This document shows positions 1 through 23,300 of a stretch of 64,000 nucleotides of DNA, one piece after another; position 1 is the stretch's first letter, and the number at the start of each line of letters is the position of its first letter. Source of the DNA: Camelus ferus. Lineage: Eukaryota. The translations under genes and the position numbers were made by a program. Location: positions 43,712,001 to 43,776,000 of the forward strand of contig NC_045697.1 of assembly GCF_009834535.1 (NCBI RefSeq), read 5' to 3'. Below the pieces are notes generated by a model that worked only from the letters and a program-made list of their open reading frames with translations, did not search any database and had not been told where the DNA came from.

Positions 1-141
1 GTCCTCGTAAAACTTTTTGATCTCCCAGTTGAGAATAAAATTAGATTCAGTAAAAGAAGTTTCTTTCAAAAAACATCCTTTGTTGAAATTGCTTGGGTTT
101 TTCCCCCGATTATATTTGGGCATTTAAAAATGTACCTGTAA

Positions 142-621
142 TATACAATGGAATATTACTCAGCCTTAAAAAAGAATGAAATATTGCCATTTGCAGAAAC
201 AAGTTATGAACCTAGAGATTATCACACTAAGTGAAGTCACAGAAAGACAATGTCATATGATATCACTTACATGTAGAAACTAAAGAATGAGACAAATTAA
301 CTTATTTATAAAACAGAAGCAGACTCACAGACATAGAAAACAAATTTATGGTTACCAAAGGGGGAAGATAGGGGGAGGGATAAATTAGGATTTTGGGATT
401 AACAGACACACTACTATATGTAAAATAGATAAATAACAAGGGCCTACTATAGAGCACAGGGAACTATATTCAGTATTTTATAATAACCTATAATGGAAAA
501 TAATCTGAAATGGAATATATTTGTATAACTGAATCACTTTGCTGTACACCTGAAATGAACACAACATTGTAAACCAGCTATTAAAAAATAAAAAACACAT
601 GCACACAAAATAAATGAAAAT
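142..621 (+). mobile_element. 5'-truncated L1 (ORF2 end plus 3' UTR, cetartiodactyl type)
   Basis: ATGGAATATTACTCAGCC...AAGAATGAAAT...CACAGGGAACTATATTCAGTA...GAATCACTTTGCTGTACACCTGAAA plus A-rich tail; degenerate TSD aaaaatgtacctgtaa (126-141) / aaacatgtgcctgtaa (622-637). Confidence 0.85.
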
Positions 622-1050
622 AAACATGTGCCTGTAAAACTGTTTTAGTTTTAGAAGAGAAGTACCTTTAATTTCCTCAGTTTAAATATGCAAATATGAA
701 AAGTTGCTGAAACTGTCAGATATCTTTAAACAAAGTGGTGGTTTTTCTCTTTGTTACAATTACTACTGAGTTTTCAGGAAATGAGATTTATTTTTCCAGT
801 TTAAAAAAAAAGGTTTAGTAATACTAACAGCACATTTGTTTGGCATGTTATAGTTTACAAAACCCCTTCATATGATCTTACTCAGCCTTGAAACCAGCTC
901 TGTGGGGTAGGTGGTGACACTCCCATGTAAATTTCAGTTAAAAGATACTGGGTTCCGTTTACTTACGTAGCAGACCAGTATCCATAGAGGAAGTTAACTT
1001 GTTTCATTGACATTTTCTTCATTTAAATTTTGATTAAAGATTAAGATTTT

Positions 1051-1260
1051 TTGATGAGTTTATTTTATTTTATATATGTATTTATTTTATTGAACTATAA
1101 TCAGTTTACAATGTTGTGCCAGTTTCTGGTGTACAGCACACTGCTTCAGTCATATAGGAACATACATATGTTCTTTTTCATATTCTTTTTCACCGTAAGT
1201 TACTACAAGATACTGAATGTTGTTCCCTGTGCTATACAGTATGAACTTGTTGTTTATCTT
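1051..1260 (-). mobile_element. L1 3' end fragment with perfect 13-bp TSD
   Basis: Antisense L1 3' UTR (gttccctgtgctatacagt); TSD agattaagatttt at 1038-1050 and 1261-1273, followed by AA (TTTT/AA endonuclease site). Confidence 0.8.
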
Positions 1261-1595
1261 AGATTAAGATTTTAAGATAGCAAATGCCATGAAAGAAACT
1301 AGAGGAAGTTAAGAATTTTTTTCCCTCTAATCTATATTGAATAAAGTTGGAAAATATGTTTTATAAAAATAAAATGGAAAATAGTTTAACCACACATTAG
1401 TTTGTACACTTTTCAAGAGGTAAAATACATTCTTAAGTGTATGCTTTGTTTATATAGGCCCCAAATCTTGCTAAATATTAAGAAAGCCATTTTTAAGGTT
1501 GTCAGTTTTCTGATTGCTTAATCATGACAGTAAGACACGTAATAATTTGTAACCCTTAAGGCATACGCCTGATTTTTTTTTGTATTTTCTTTCAG

Positions 1596-7152
<5,557 letters not shown>

Positions 7153-9030
7153 TTCTTTTAAACCAAGTTGGAGATTTTTGATCAGCTGAAGGGTAATGCC
7201 AGACATTTCTATTGTTTGCACTATGTTCAGCTCTTTGCAGTAACACATAGATAAGTTCTGGTGCATTTATTTTATAAAGTACTTTAAATTGAGTGAATCC
7301 AGAATTTGAATTCAGAATAAGCCTAGTAATGCAGTGTGTTTGGGATCTGCAGTTGGTCAATTAGGTGAAAAGGCCAGTTAAGTGGGACTCAAATGATATG
7401 TACACATACATATGGCATCTATCAGAGGTTTCATTTTAACATACAGCCAAAGTATACATTGATTTCTCAAACTTTTACTGTAGGGCCAGGGACTTTTCTA
7501 AGAATGCATTGGAGTTCCTATGAAAATCACACCCATTACTTAACCTTTACAATTCCCAGTTTTAGTTTCTTTAAAGAAAACTTGCAAAGCAACCTAAGGA
7601 TAAAATGCTACTAGTTCTTTTTTCATTTCTCATTCCCAATCTTAATTGTCCTAACCATACCTAATTTGACAGCTTTTTTTTTAATCTAGTTATCTTTATC
7701 AAATCTTCTCACTTACTTAGTTTTCATTGCAACAGTAACTTTCTAATGCTCATGCTTATCGCTACAAAAATGCAGCTAACATAGGTCTGGGAACAAAATA
7801 GCTGACTCTTGGCAATGTAGAATTCAGTAGGTTAGGAAAGTCATGGGCTTGAGTGTAATTTTTAAGGAGGATGTAAGGCCCCAGTTTAATCCAGTGAGTT
7901 GGTTAAGTGGAGGTTGATAAAAAGAGCTTTGACTGTGTTTTTTGTCTTTGTCTTTTCCATAACAGAATTTCCCATGAAGCAGACACATCACATGCAGGCT
8001 TCATGTGGTACTCAGTGGGTGCAATGCTGAACCCACATGTTGACCACGGCTCTGCCATCAGTTACTGCCTAAGTAGTAAAGCATATTCATAGCTAGTATC
8101 AAAAACTCTTTTATCTATATGTCAACATGCATTGGTTACCATGGGGTGCTTCTGAAGCCCACATAATACCAGGGACAATTTGTGCAAATAATGAGTTTCT
8201 ATTGAGATTGTTTCACTGGTTACGTAAGAAGCACACGGCAGGAGAGGAAATAGGGTTCAGTCTGAGCTCTAATTTAAAAATAATTGATATCCCAACTTTT
8301 AGGGTATTCAATGAAAAGGAGGAAAAGAATCCTTGTAGGACACTTTTTCTCCATTACTCTCCACCTTTTGGCAGTTAGTTTGCATCACTGGATAAGAAGA
8401 TGATGTAGCAGATTGCCTATGGACTGGCTTATTTATAGGAAACTAGCAGCTTCAGGACACACTAGTCCAGGAATGAATGTTAGGTCCTGTGACAGCACCA
8501 CTGTGCATCTCCATGTAACATCTCCAGAGGAAAGACAAGTCTTAGCCAGCGTACTTACTTGCTCGTTAGAAAATCTTCCTTAGCAATTTTAAGTTCACAT
8601 CCTGTCATGTGGGATTTGTACATTATATAAACATTTCACTCTCCTACACTCCCATCCCCACAGTCCTATTTACAAGGCAGAATCTGAGCCCAAAGTAAAA
8701 TTCCAGTACAAGTCATCCCTTTCATGTTTAACATCTCAGTATCAGTGGTAGTTGTATGAGCTATTTGAGGACTAGATATAAGTGAAAATCCCACGGTACC
8801 GATTTTTTTATTCATATGTATGCAAACTGTAATGAGTAGTAACATTTTAAATAATCTGATTCACTTAATGAACATTCTCATGGAGAGGAAGCTTCTCTCT
8901 TGAAACACTTTTTCCTCATAAAATTTCAAATTATTAAGAATTAAAAAGTTAATACTTAAGATTTAGCCTATTAGTTTTCTACTCAAAGGTTATTAAAACT
9001 TATAGTTTGAGTCAGTATTACTACCACACA

Positions 9031-9052
9031 TTTATTGTAAAATAAGTTTATT
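9031..9052 (-). terminator. Two AATAAA polyadenylation signals for MRPS18C
   Basis: tttatt on + at 9047-9052 and 9031-9036, about 20-40 nt past the MRPS18C stop codon. Confidence 0.7.
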
Positions 9053-9071
9053 GATGGTAACTTTATGTAAT

Positions 9072-13783
<4,712 letters not shown>

Positions 13784-14189
13784 GGTTCCTTGCTCCTCCT
13801 CTTCCTTTCCTTTTTCCAAATCGTCCTGATAAGTCCCTTCCGGTGTTCTTCCCCTGCTGGCCCGAGTACTCGGTTCAAAGGTTCCGCAGGCGAACGCGGC
13901 GAACGTCAGAAAAGAGCACGTGGGGTTTTCAATGCGCCTGCGCGGCACCTTCCCGCAAGCCGGGCCCAGGAGATTGGACGAGGAGAGAGCGGGTTCCCAC
14001 GCTTGTGCTTGCGTTTCCGGCCCCAGAGCCCTGACAATTGGTTTGTAGTCTTTCCCAAAGGTGGATGGAGGGGCGAGCGGGGTTTCCACCTGTGGCTACC
14101 CGCTCCCTGTTGCTGCACTAACTCCTCCATTGGGCTCTGGCGGCTGGGTCACGGGGGACGAGGTTCGGGCAGGGCCCTCGGCCCCAGCC
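13784..14189. promoter_or_regulatory. Bidirectional CpG-island promoter shared by MRPS18C (-) and HELQ (+)
   Basis: 406 bp between divergent ATGs, GC- and CpG-rich against an AT-rich background. Motifs: ETS/GABP CTTCCGG 13837-13843 and TTTCCGG 14014-14020, E-box CACGTG 13917-13922, NRF1-like TGCGCCTGCGC 13933-13943, E2F-like TTCCCGC 13950-13956, inverted CCAAT (ATTGG) 13973-13977. Confidence 0.88.
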
Positions 14190-14378
14190 ATGGATGAAGG
14201 TGGCTCCCGCATTCGCCGGCGGGTGTTCTTTCACAAAAGGAACCGTCCTAGCCTAGAGAGCGTTTTTGCCGCGCCCACCGCGGCGGAGCTCAAGTCTGGC
14301 GATGAGGAGGAGGAGGAAGAGGACGAGATAGGGGCTGGGAACCGGCGGCGGAAAACTGTGGACGTGCAGCCTGTCGAG
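14190..14378 (+). CDS. HELQ: HELQ exon 1 coding part (189 nt)
   Basis: GCCATGG Kozak; [12 protein letters not shown]...[12 protein letters not shown]|gtacag, phase 0 matching exon 2. Confidence 0.88.
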
Positions 14379-17300
14379 GTACAGCCCCACCACCTCTCAG
14401 ATTCCCCAGAGTTCCACGTTCCATTTCCCACCTTAGGGGTGATGATCCAAACCTAGATCTCCTACTGCGCATGCTCACTGAAAGAGCTATGGGAGACCAG
14501 CTACAGAAGGCGTGGATCTTGAAACGCAAAAAAAATAAAAATAAAAAAATTAAAAATTGGCAGTTCCCTTCCAATTGGCCAACTGTCCTTCATGTGCTTA
14601 CCTCGCCTTTGTTATCGCTGTTAATCCTCACTTGGAGGTAATCCTGTGTTCTTAACCACTATATTGCTACCTCCAAATTTGTGTCTATTCTGTTTAGCAG
14701 ACCATCCCAAGTCACTTGCCCTTTCAATTCCAAATTTCTGCCAACAGAATCTCCTTGGAGTGTCCAGTGATACAAGCATGATTTTGTTACAGGCCAGTCT
14801 CTGCAGATTGGAGTTTGAGAAGGGGAAAGGGTAATGCAGTTATCAGAAACTTCTAGTGAGATGACATCCTTCTCAGTAGATGGCTACTGGTCTTGCTGCC
14901 ATTTTCAGAATTTATCACTAGCTTGACGGTTAGGATCCCAGCATCACCATACACTAGGAGTACAGTTTATGCCAGTCACTTAACCCCTCTAGGCCTCCAT
15001 TTTCTCATCTGTAAAATGGGGGTGATGGTGTTTATTTCACAGGGTGATTTACGTTTAGATGCCTGATTCATATGTGACCATATAGTTATATACCTGGTAG
15101 AGCCGTAGGCCACAACTTTTAATGAAGCTAGAATTGGGCATAAGTTTTTGTTTGTTTGTTTTGTTTTCTTTCCAGAACATTGACAGCGAAGAGGACATGT
15201 TTGGTGACAATGATAGCTTTGCTGAAAACTCTCTTTTAGCTCAAATTGATGACCTGGAACAAAAATATATGCAACTTCCTGAACATAGGAAGCATGCTAC
15301 AGACCATGCCACTGAAGATCCTTGTGCAGAAAGCATTAACCACAAAACGCTCAGCATAACTACTGTAGGCAACTTTACTGAATTAAAACTGGATGAGCAC
15401 ACAAAGAACCAAAGTGGTCGTGAAGATGTCTCTCTTGAACCTGAAGCTGATCTTCTGTATGATGTACCTTCTTCACAAGTTTTATTCTTTGAAAATTTGC
15501 ACAAGTCTTCAAATGACTTTAGAGATCCATCTGCTAAAGAGAGGGATTGGAGCTCATCCTCTCACAAGACTGCAAATGAGGAATTGCCCACTAATAGCAT
15601 AGATCAGGCCCAGCAAATTGATGAATCCTCTTCTAAAGTCAGAGCTAGTTCAGATGTGAATAGAAGAAAAAGTCTTAAAGATCATCTAAAAAGTACCATG
15701 ACTGGAAATGCCAAGGCCCAAACACCAATATTTTCTAGGACTAAACAGCTCAAAGAGGCTCTCCTATCTGAAGAAATTAATGTTGCTAAGAAAACAATTG
15801 AGTCATCATCAGATGACCGTGGTCCTTTTTATTCCTTACCCAGCAAAGTGAGAGACCTTTATGTTCAGTTCAAGAGAATTGAAAAATTATATGGTAATGT
15901 TTTTTGCTGGGATGAAAAAAAATTACCATCATTACCATAATATTGGTGTAAATCAATAGAAAACAGATGCTTTTGTGGTCATGTTTCTCATCTTAAAACG
16001 AAACATCTGTCCTCTCTCAGCCTTCCATCCCTATCCTGCTACTGTTGAGCCTCTTTCCATCCCTCCATGGTCACACTCCTCCAACCTGTTATCCTTGCTG
16101 CCTCCTTTTCCTCACCTCGGTTTCCCAGCCCACTCCGACTCTGTGTTCTGTACTCTCAATATATAATGACTGGGGGGAGGGTCTAAACCCAGTGATGCTT
16201 TTAGTTCTTAACTTTATTGACTTCTCAGTAGCTTACCGGACACAATTGACAGACACTTCTTGAAATATCCATTTCTTGGCTTCTTGACATTCTACTCCTG
16301 GTTTTTTCTGTGATTGTCTGGCTGCTCCTCAGTTTTCTTAGCTAATGCTTCCTTAGCTGCCTCTTACTTGGCTACCAAAACTTAGCTGTTGAAATTCCTT
16401 TGACTGTTCAGGTATCTTGAGTGAAAGAAGTCAGTATTTGTAATACCATTGATTAAAATGAAACATCTTTAAAGACAGCTGAAGTTAGGGTTTAAGTGGA
16501 AAGAAATAGTATTAATAATTTATCTTGTAACATTTTCAAAAATCCAAGGTCCTTGCATATATTTCAGATTGTGTCATTTTAGACAAAGAAGGGACGCTTG
16601 CTGCCATCCTGGAAGAGCAGCCTACCAACCAGTCACTTCACAATTACTTCTGAAACTCCTAAGTTAGTATCTTATGAACCACATGAAAACATGGGGTCTC
16701 ATCTCAGGGAGAAGACAATCAGGTTGGAGATGTAGGACTGCAGGAAACAATATAAGACTTTACAAGAGTCTAACAAATTCTAAATTGTGAGGTTTGCGGT
16801 TTAAGAGCTAAAGGTGTGTATTGCCCTTGAAGTAGATGTTAACTTTCTTCCCTCTGCTTTTCTTCTAGCACCTTGTTCTTTGTTTTAATCTGCATCTCCT
16901 GCCAGAATGAGTACCCTGTGGACAGGGCTCGCTCTAACTCATCTTTTTCTTATGTAACTAGCACTGTGCCTGGTAAACTCTGGTAGGTTCTTAACTGCTG
17001 GAGGTTGCCAGCCTGATTATGAATTCTGGCCTTGTCACTTAAACACAAGTTTTGCACTTTTAGCCTTAGTTCCTGATCTATTAAAAAGGGGTAATAATAA
17101 TAATAGTTGTTTTGCCAGTTATGTTCTGTGTCGAGGACATGCCAAGTTAGGTTTTGGTAATGACTGTTGGTAATTATATTGATCACTTCTAAGTAAGAGC
17201 TTCAGTAAATAACTTTTTAAATCTCTTTTTACTTGTAAATCTGGCTTAACGACATGACTGATTTAAAGCATAAACATGTGTGCCACTTTTCATTGAGCTA

Positions 17301-20300
17301 AAGCAGTGCTTCTCAAAGTGCAGTTCCTGGACTGCAGCATCAGCATCACCTGGAAATTTGTGATGTGCATTTCAATGCACATTCTTAGGCTTCACCCCAG
17401 ATCTCCTGAGTCAGAACCTCTGAGGCTGCGACCTGACAACGTGCTTTAATAAGCCCTCCAAGTGATGCAGATGTGTGGAAAATTGAGAACCACTTAACTA
17501 GAGAACTTCAACCTAATACTGTTATTTTTGCCATTTAATCATAGAATTACATGCTTAATGTGTTTTATTGAAATGTTGGGAACTAAGTTAATGTAATTTT
17601 TTTTTTTTTTTAGTGTGTGAAGATAAATGCTATTTCTAAACATTCATTATTTTGGTCAACTTATAGTTTAAAAATCTGAGGTGGATAAAATGTGGATATG
17701 GTCAAGTTGTATTTTCACACAGACATCTGCAGTTCGATAACTAATGGGTGATACTAGTCTGGTGTATTTTTTAATATATGTTTTTATATTTAATATTTTT
17801 AAATATTACATTTAAGTATTTAAATATTTTTGAAATTCCTAAATATAGTTGGTTTACAATATTATATTAGTTTCAGGTGTACAACATAGTGATTCAATAT
17901 TTTTATAGATTATACTCATTTTAAAGTTGTTGCAAAATAATGGCTATATTTCTCTGGGCTGTACAATATTGAAATACTTTTAAAGTAGAAATACATAGTC
18001 ATTTGAAATATTTCAGGCTGCAAAGAATTACATAATATGATTGTGCGCTAATTCATTCAGCCTTTACCCCCGCGGTGGCTCTTTGTTATATATAAACAAT
18101 GCTGTGAACACCTTGCATGTAACCTTTGTATGCCCTTGCTTTTCGTTCTGTAGGTAAAGAGCCCTAGAAGCAATCCTGCTAGATCAAAAACAATGGGCAC
18201 TTTTATTTTGATTCTGCAGGGTTGCATTCCAAAAAGATTGTAGCACTTCCTGCTTTCATCAGCCACACACAAAAGTGCCTGTTTGTGCCGGCTCTAGTCA
18301 GCTCTGGATTTTACCTGTGGGGGGCTTTTTTCTCGTATTTAATCCTTTTTATTTGTTTGTTTATTTTGCCAACCTAATAGGTAACAGTAGAGAATTTCTT
18401 CATGTGTTTATTAGCATTAGCATTTCTCCCTGCTGTGAAATATCTTGTCATATCTTTTGCCCATTTGTCTGGTGGTAAAATACTGGCACACATTTTGAAG
18501 ACTTCTGGTGTTGCATGTTTGTTTTTCCTGCACACTGGTTGTACTCATTTTCACACCATGTTTTGGGTCTGATGTGGTCCTCTTCATGAATTCTACCTTG
18601 CTAAGCTGTGGAGCCCCTAGATGTCCTAGTTAACCATTCTAGTCTCTCATGGTTTAAACAGTCTTAGTTTAAAACGGTATTCAGGCCATTCAAAGTTCAG
18701 CTCCCCCTGAGAGTTCGTTGAATAGTCTTTCTTAGTTTGTACAAAACCTCATACATTTTTTTCCACCTTCCGCTGTGTCTCTCTAAGATGATATATGGGT
18801 AAATGAGGAAGGGAAACGCACAAAATCTCCTTGCAGAACATAGGAGGAAGGCCTTAGAACTCACACAGATCCCTGAGTTGCCCTTTAGCTCCTCTGAAGT
18901 GCCAGCCTCTTGTCCAGCAGGTGCTGCCTGCCCTATGGAATCTCAGACTTCAGTCTGCAGCTGGCGGATGGGTGGGCATCCATTTGCCCACCCTGCTGAC
19001 CAGACCTGAGTTAGAAATAGTATTAGAATGCACACCTCACACTGGGGATTTTTGACATTTAACACTGATGTGTAATTACATTTATCGTTATGAGAAGATG
19101 CTACACAGGGTGGAATTTGATTTTTCTTCTTAGAAAACTTTTTTAAGATTGTGGAAAGGGAAAAATAAGGCTTTTTTTTTTTTTAATTCCACAGAATGGC
19201 AACATACTTGCTTAACACTGACTTCCGTGCAAGAAAGAAAAAATTTAATATATTCCTTGCCAACAAGTGGTGGGAAGACCCTCGTGGCTGAGATTTTAAT
19301 GCTACAAGAACTGCTTTGCCGGCGAAAAGATGTTCTAATGATCCTGCCCTATGTGGCAATTGTTCAAGAAAAGGTGTGGGTTTTTTTTCAACAAGTGGTA
19401 TTTGCTAATGTTATTTTGACATTAGATATAAAAACTAGCATAGATGTAACAAGTTTTTCCTGAGAAGAGGTACCTTTATTAATGATGGAGAATTAATATT
19501 TTTAGGATGTGCAAAAGCAGTATGGAGTACTTACCAAAAATCTCTAATACTGATTACCTGTTTCAGAAAGAGTTTTATTTTTTTCTAAACTGATGGATTA
19601 AACACCATTTTAAATGTTTTATATATATTTAGACTTCTTTTCAAGCAGAAACTAACTCAGTTATTTTATCAAAATAAATGAGTTATTCTGATTTTTTTTA
19701 CAGCAGAGGAGACAGTTAAGATTTATTTTTACATTTATTATGTAGAAGTGTTCATTTGCAAAGATCAATACATTAATTATGACATTTCTTAGTATATGTG
19801 TTTTATCTGTGATTTTGTTCGCATTGATTGGTATTTAACACTTTTTTAGATTCTGTAAATCCCTGTGAACACTTAGTGACTGGAGTTCTTTTGGGGAGGG
19901 GGGTGGAGTAGGTAATTACGTTTATTTATTTATTTATTTTTAGGGGAGGTATTGGAGAATTGAACCCAGGACCTTGTGCGTGTGAAGCATGCACTTTACC
20001 ACCTGAGCTATATCCTCCCCCTTAGAGTGCTTATTTGTCTGATTTCTTTTGTTTGTTTTAACTAATATTTTAGGTTTCAGGTTTGTCAAGTTTTGGTATA
20101 GAACTGGGTTTCTTTGTTGAAGAATATGCTGGAAGCAAAGGAAAATTTCCTCCAATTAAAAGAAGGGAAAAGAAATCACTATATATTGCCACTATTGAAA
20201 AAGGACATAGTCTGGTGAATTCTTTGATTGAAACCGGAAGGATTAGCAATCTGGGTCTGGTTGTTGTAGATGAGGTTGGTTGCTACTTTTATAATTTATC

Positions 20301-23300
20301 AACATTTTTGTTATACTAATGTATTTATTATTACATGGACCTGCTTAGTACCTTTATGAGAATAAGTCATTTATTTTAATATATAGACAATACAGATGAA
20401 GAAATTTCATGCTTGGTAATCTTAAATTCATTTTTGTGCCAGGTGTTTCTTGAAGAGTGAGTATATGTGTATATGTCCAATTTTATAATAGTGCTTATGA
20501 ATTTCAGATGTAAGAATGTTGTCCTGGGGACAACCTCATTAACTTAAAATACCAGTGAATTAATGTATATGTACCCTAGTTGCCATAACTAAAATGCTTT
20601 ATTTGTAAAGCAAAGATTGCTTCTTCATTTTATCGAATATATGCTTGTTTTATGTGGGTGTTATATGCAAATTTACTTTTCTCCTCCCCGCTTTATTTTT
20701 TAAATCTCAAAGCTGCACATGATTGGTGAAGGAAGCCGTGGGGCCATACTGGAAATGACCCTAGCAAAAATCCTCTACACCAGCAGTAAGTATTTTTTCA
20801 GGTGTGGCCACTAATTGATTTATAATCAAGAGACCTGTAAGAGTTAATTCTATCACTAGCTAGAGTATGTAACCTAGAGTAAGATACTTAAGCTTTCTGC
20901 CTTAGTTTATTTCTTAAGTGAGCTTATGAATTTTTGTTGGAAGAATGGATAAATGGGTAGAATTATGAAGATAAATGAAATTACCATTTTTCTCCACTTA
21001 CTAGCTTTGTGTGCTTAGGCATGTGACTCAACCTCTCTGTTTCTTCATCTGTAAAGTGGCTATAATGATGGTACCAACCTGATGGGACTGTTGGGAGGAC
21101 TGTAGGAGTTAGCACATGTGAAGCATTCAGCCACACCAAGCACACAGCACAATAAGAGCTCGCTGCCATTGCCACCATCAGTATCATCATCATCATACCA
21201 ATAAAACAGTGTATGTTAATGGTCACATTAAGTAGCTATTTTGCAACATCAGACAGTCTTTAAGTGTTTATGAAATATTTATTCTACATGTCTTCTCTAT
21301 TACTTATTGATATGCTATTGCAGTAGTTTATTAGTTGTTATGTATTATAATAGCTTATCTATGGAAAACTATTAAAGGTCAAATTTTTTTAAAACATTTT
21401 TTTATTGAGTTATAGTCATTTTACAATGTTGTGTCAAATTCCAGCATAGAGCACAATTTTTCAGTTATACATGAACACACATGTATTCATTGTCACATTC
21501 TTTTTTGCTATGATCTACCACAAGATCTTGTATATATTGCCCTATACAGAATAATCTTGTTTATCTATTCTACATATGCCTGTCAGTATCTACAAATTTT
21601 GAACTTCCTACAGTTTCTGCTGATTCTCATCCACACTCATAACTTCAAGTACTTCTTGTGTGCGGATGGCTCCCAATCTGTATTATCAGCTTATACCTCT
21701 CATCTGGTAACATTAATACTCTGGAAATATACAGTTGACCCTTGAACAACACAGGTTTGAACTGCATAGGCCCACTTATCCGTGAATTTTTTTCAGTAGT
21801 AAATACTACAGTACTACACGATGTGACGGTTGAATCCAGGGAGGCGGAACTGCAGGTACAGAGGGCCGACTGTAAGTTTTGGATGATACTCGACTGCGTG
21901 GAGGGTCGGTGCCCCTAACCCTAGTGTTGTTCAAGGGTCACCTGTATTTGTATTCTTCTTACCTTCCTCCCTTTCCCAAATCACTCAGGAAAAATTCAGA
22001 ACACAAAAAGGCTGCTAAAAATTACTGTTATGATATACCAAATAACACCTTTTCCTCAATGCTTTGGATTTTTATTTTTTAGAAACAACTCAAATTATTG
22101 GTATGAGTGCAACGTTGAACAATGTTGAAGACCTCCAGGAGTTCCTACAGGCAGAATATTACACCAGCGAGTTTAGACCAGTATGTACCTAAGGTTTGAT
22201 TTGTTATGTATCATCTTTTATTCAGAAAGAAAAGTAGTAAATGTACTATATAAAAAACGTAAGAGTAGTGAAGGAGTGTAATGCCACTGACCATGGCTGT
22301 TTGCTAGTAAGTCTGTGTATAGAGAGTGTAACTCTGCGGGGTCAGGGATCTTGGCTTGGCTATAGCACCCAGAACAGTGCCTGGCCCCTGAGTCTTCAAT
22401 GAATATTTATTGAATGAAATTTTCCAGACCCATTCTGCTTTTCCACTTTATATTCTGTAAGGTACATTTTTTCATTCAGTGAGAATTCAGTAATTCATGT
22501 TTCGAGTTATTGGCACATAAAAAAAAACTTACCTTAAAATTTTAAATGTTTTCCAGTATTTATGCCTTGGTAGTTATAATGCTTTTTTAATAAGTTAAGA
22601 CTTCACATGGATTTAAGCTTAAACTCCCCCTTAACAGTATTCCCAAAAGACGAAGAAAGTAAATTAATGTAGTTCATAGTTATTTGAAAGTAGCTTATAA
22701 TGTTTATATACTCTGTTTGCAGTTTCTGTGTCTAAATAGGTTTTCAGAAAATGATTTTTGAGAATCACCAAATTTTAATTTGAAATTTGGTGTTTTTACA
22801 TTTGCACCAAATATGAAAATTTTCAAGAGATATTTTCTGACCTTAATTGTCGAATTAGAGGCTGTTCTTTTAAAAATTCAATGAGCTGTTCTTACAAACT
22901 TTTGTCTACAAATACTTAAATTAAAAATAACTTGGTGGTATTTAGATTAAAACTGATGACTAATAAAGCTTTAAATCTTGAGGAATAACACAAATAAACT
23001 CCTTAATAAAGGAGTGTGAACACTTGACTCATTTATACTTCTTGTGACCAATACAAGTGTCTGATTTCCTTTTAGATATGTGGCTATTCAATTCAAAAGT
23101 ATTTCTTCAAGGATATTAATCCCAGTTTTGATTTAAAGGGGAAAAGAAACTTAAATGGGAAAGAAATAACTTTTATGTTGAAACATTTTACAAACCTTAG
23201 AAAAGCTAAAATTTTTGTATAGCTTTCCTTTTTTTACAGCATATTTTACAAAATTTGAAACTCTGGAAAGATGGATTTGTATATGGTATTAATTGCAAAC

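Noticed and set aside
7900..8700. Complex sequence between ABRAXAS1 and MRPS18C with short ORFs, considered as a processed pseudogene
   Set aside because: I could not recognise any protein similarity, poly(A) tail or TSD; most likely 3' UTR or ancient repeat.
14301..14327. GAG-rich run encoding DEEEEEEDE in HELQ exon 1
   Set aside because: Short acidic low-complexity tract in a variable N-terminal region; not a notable expansion.
20074..20080. Second AG (TTTCAG) 7 nt into HELQ exon 4
   Set aside because: Its use would shift the frame; the upstream TAG gives the expected VSGLSS sequence.
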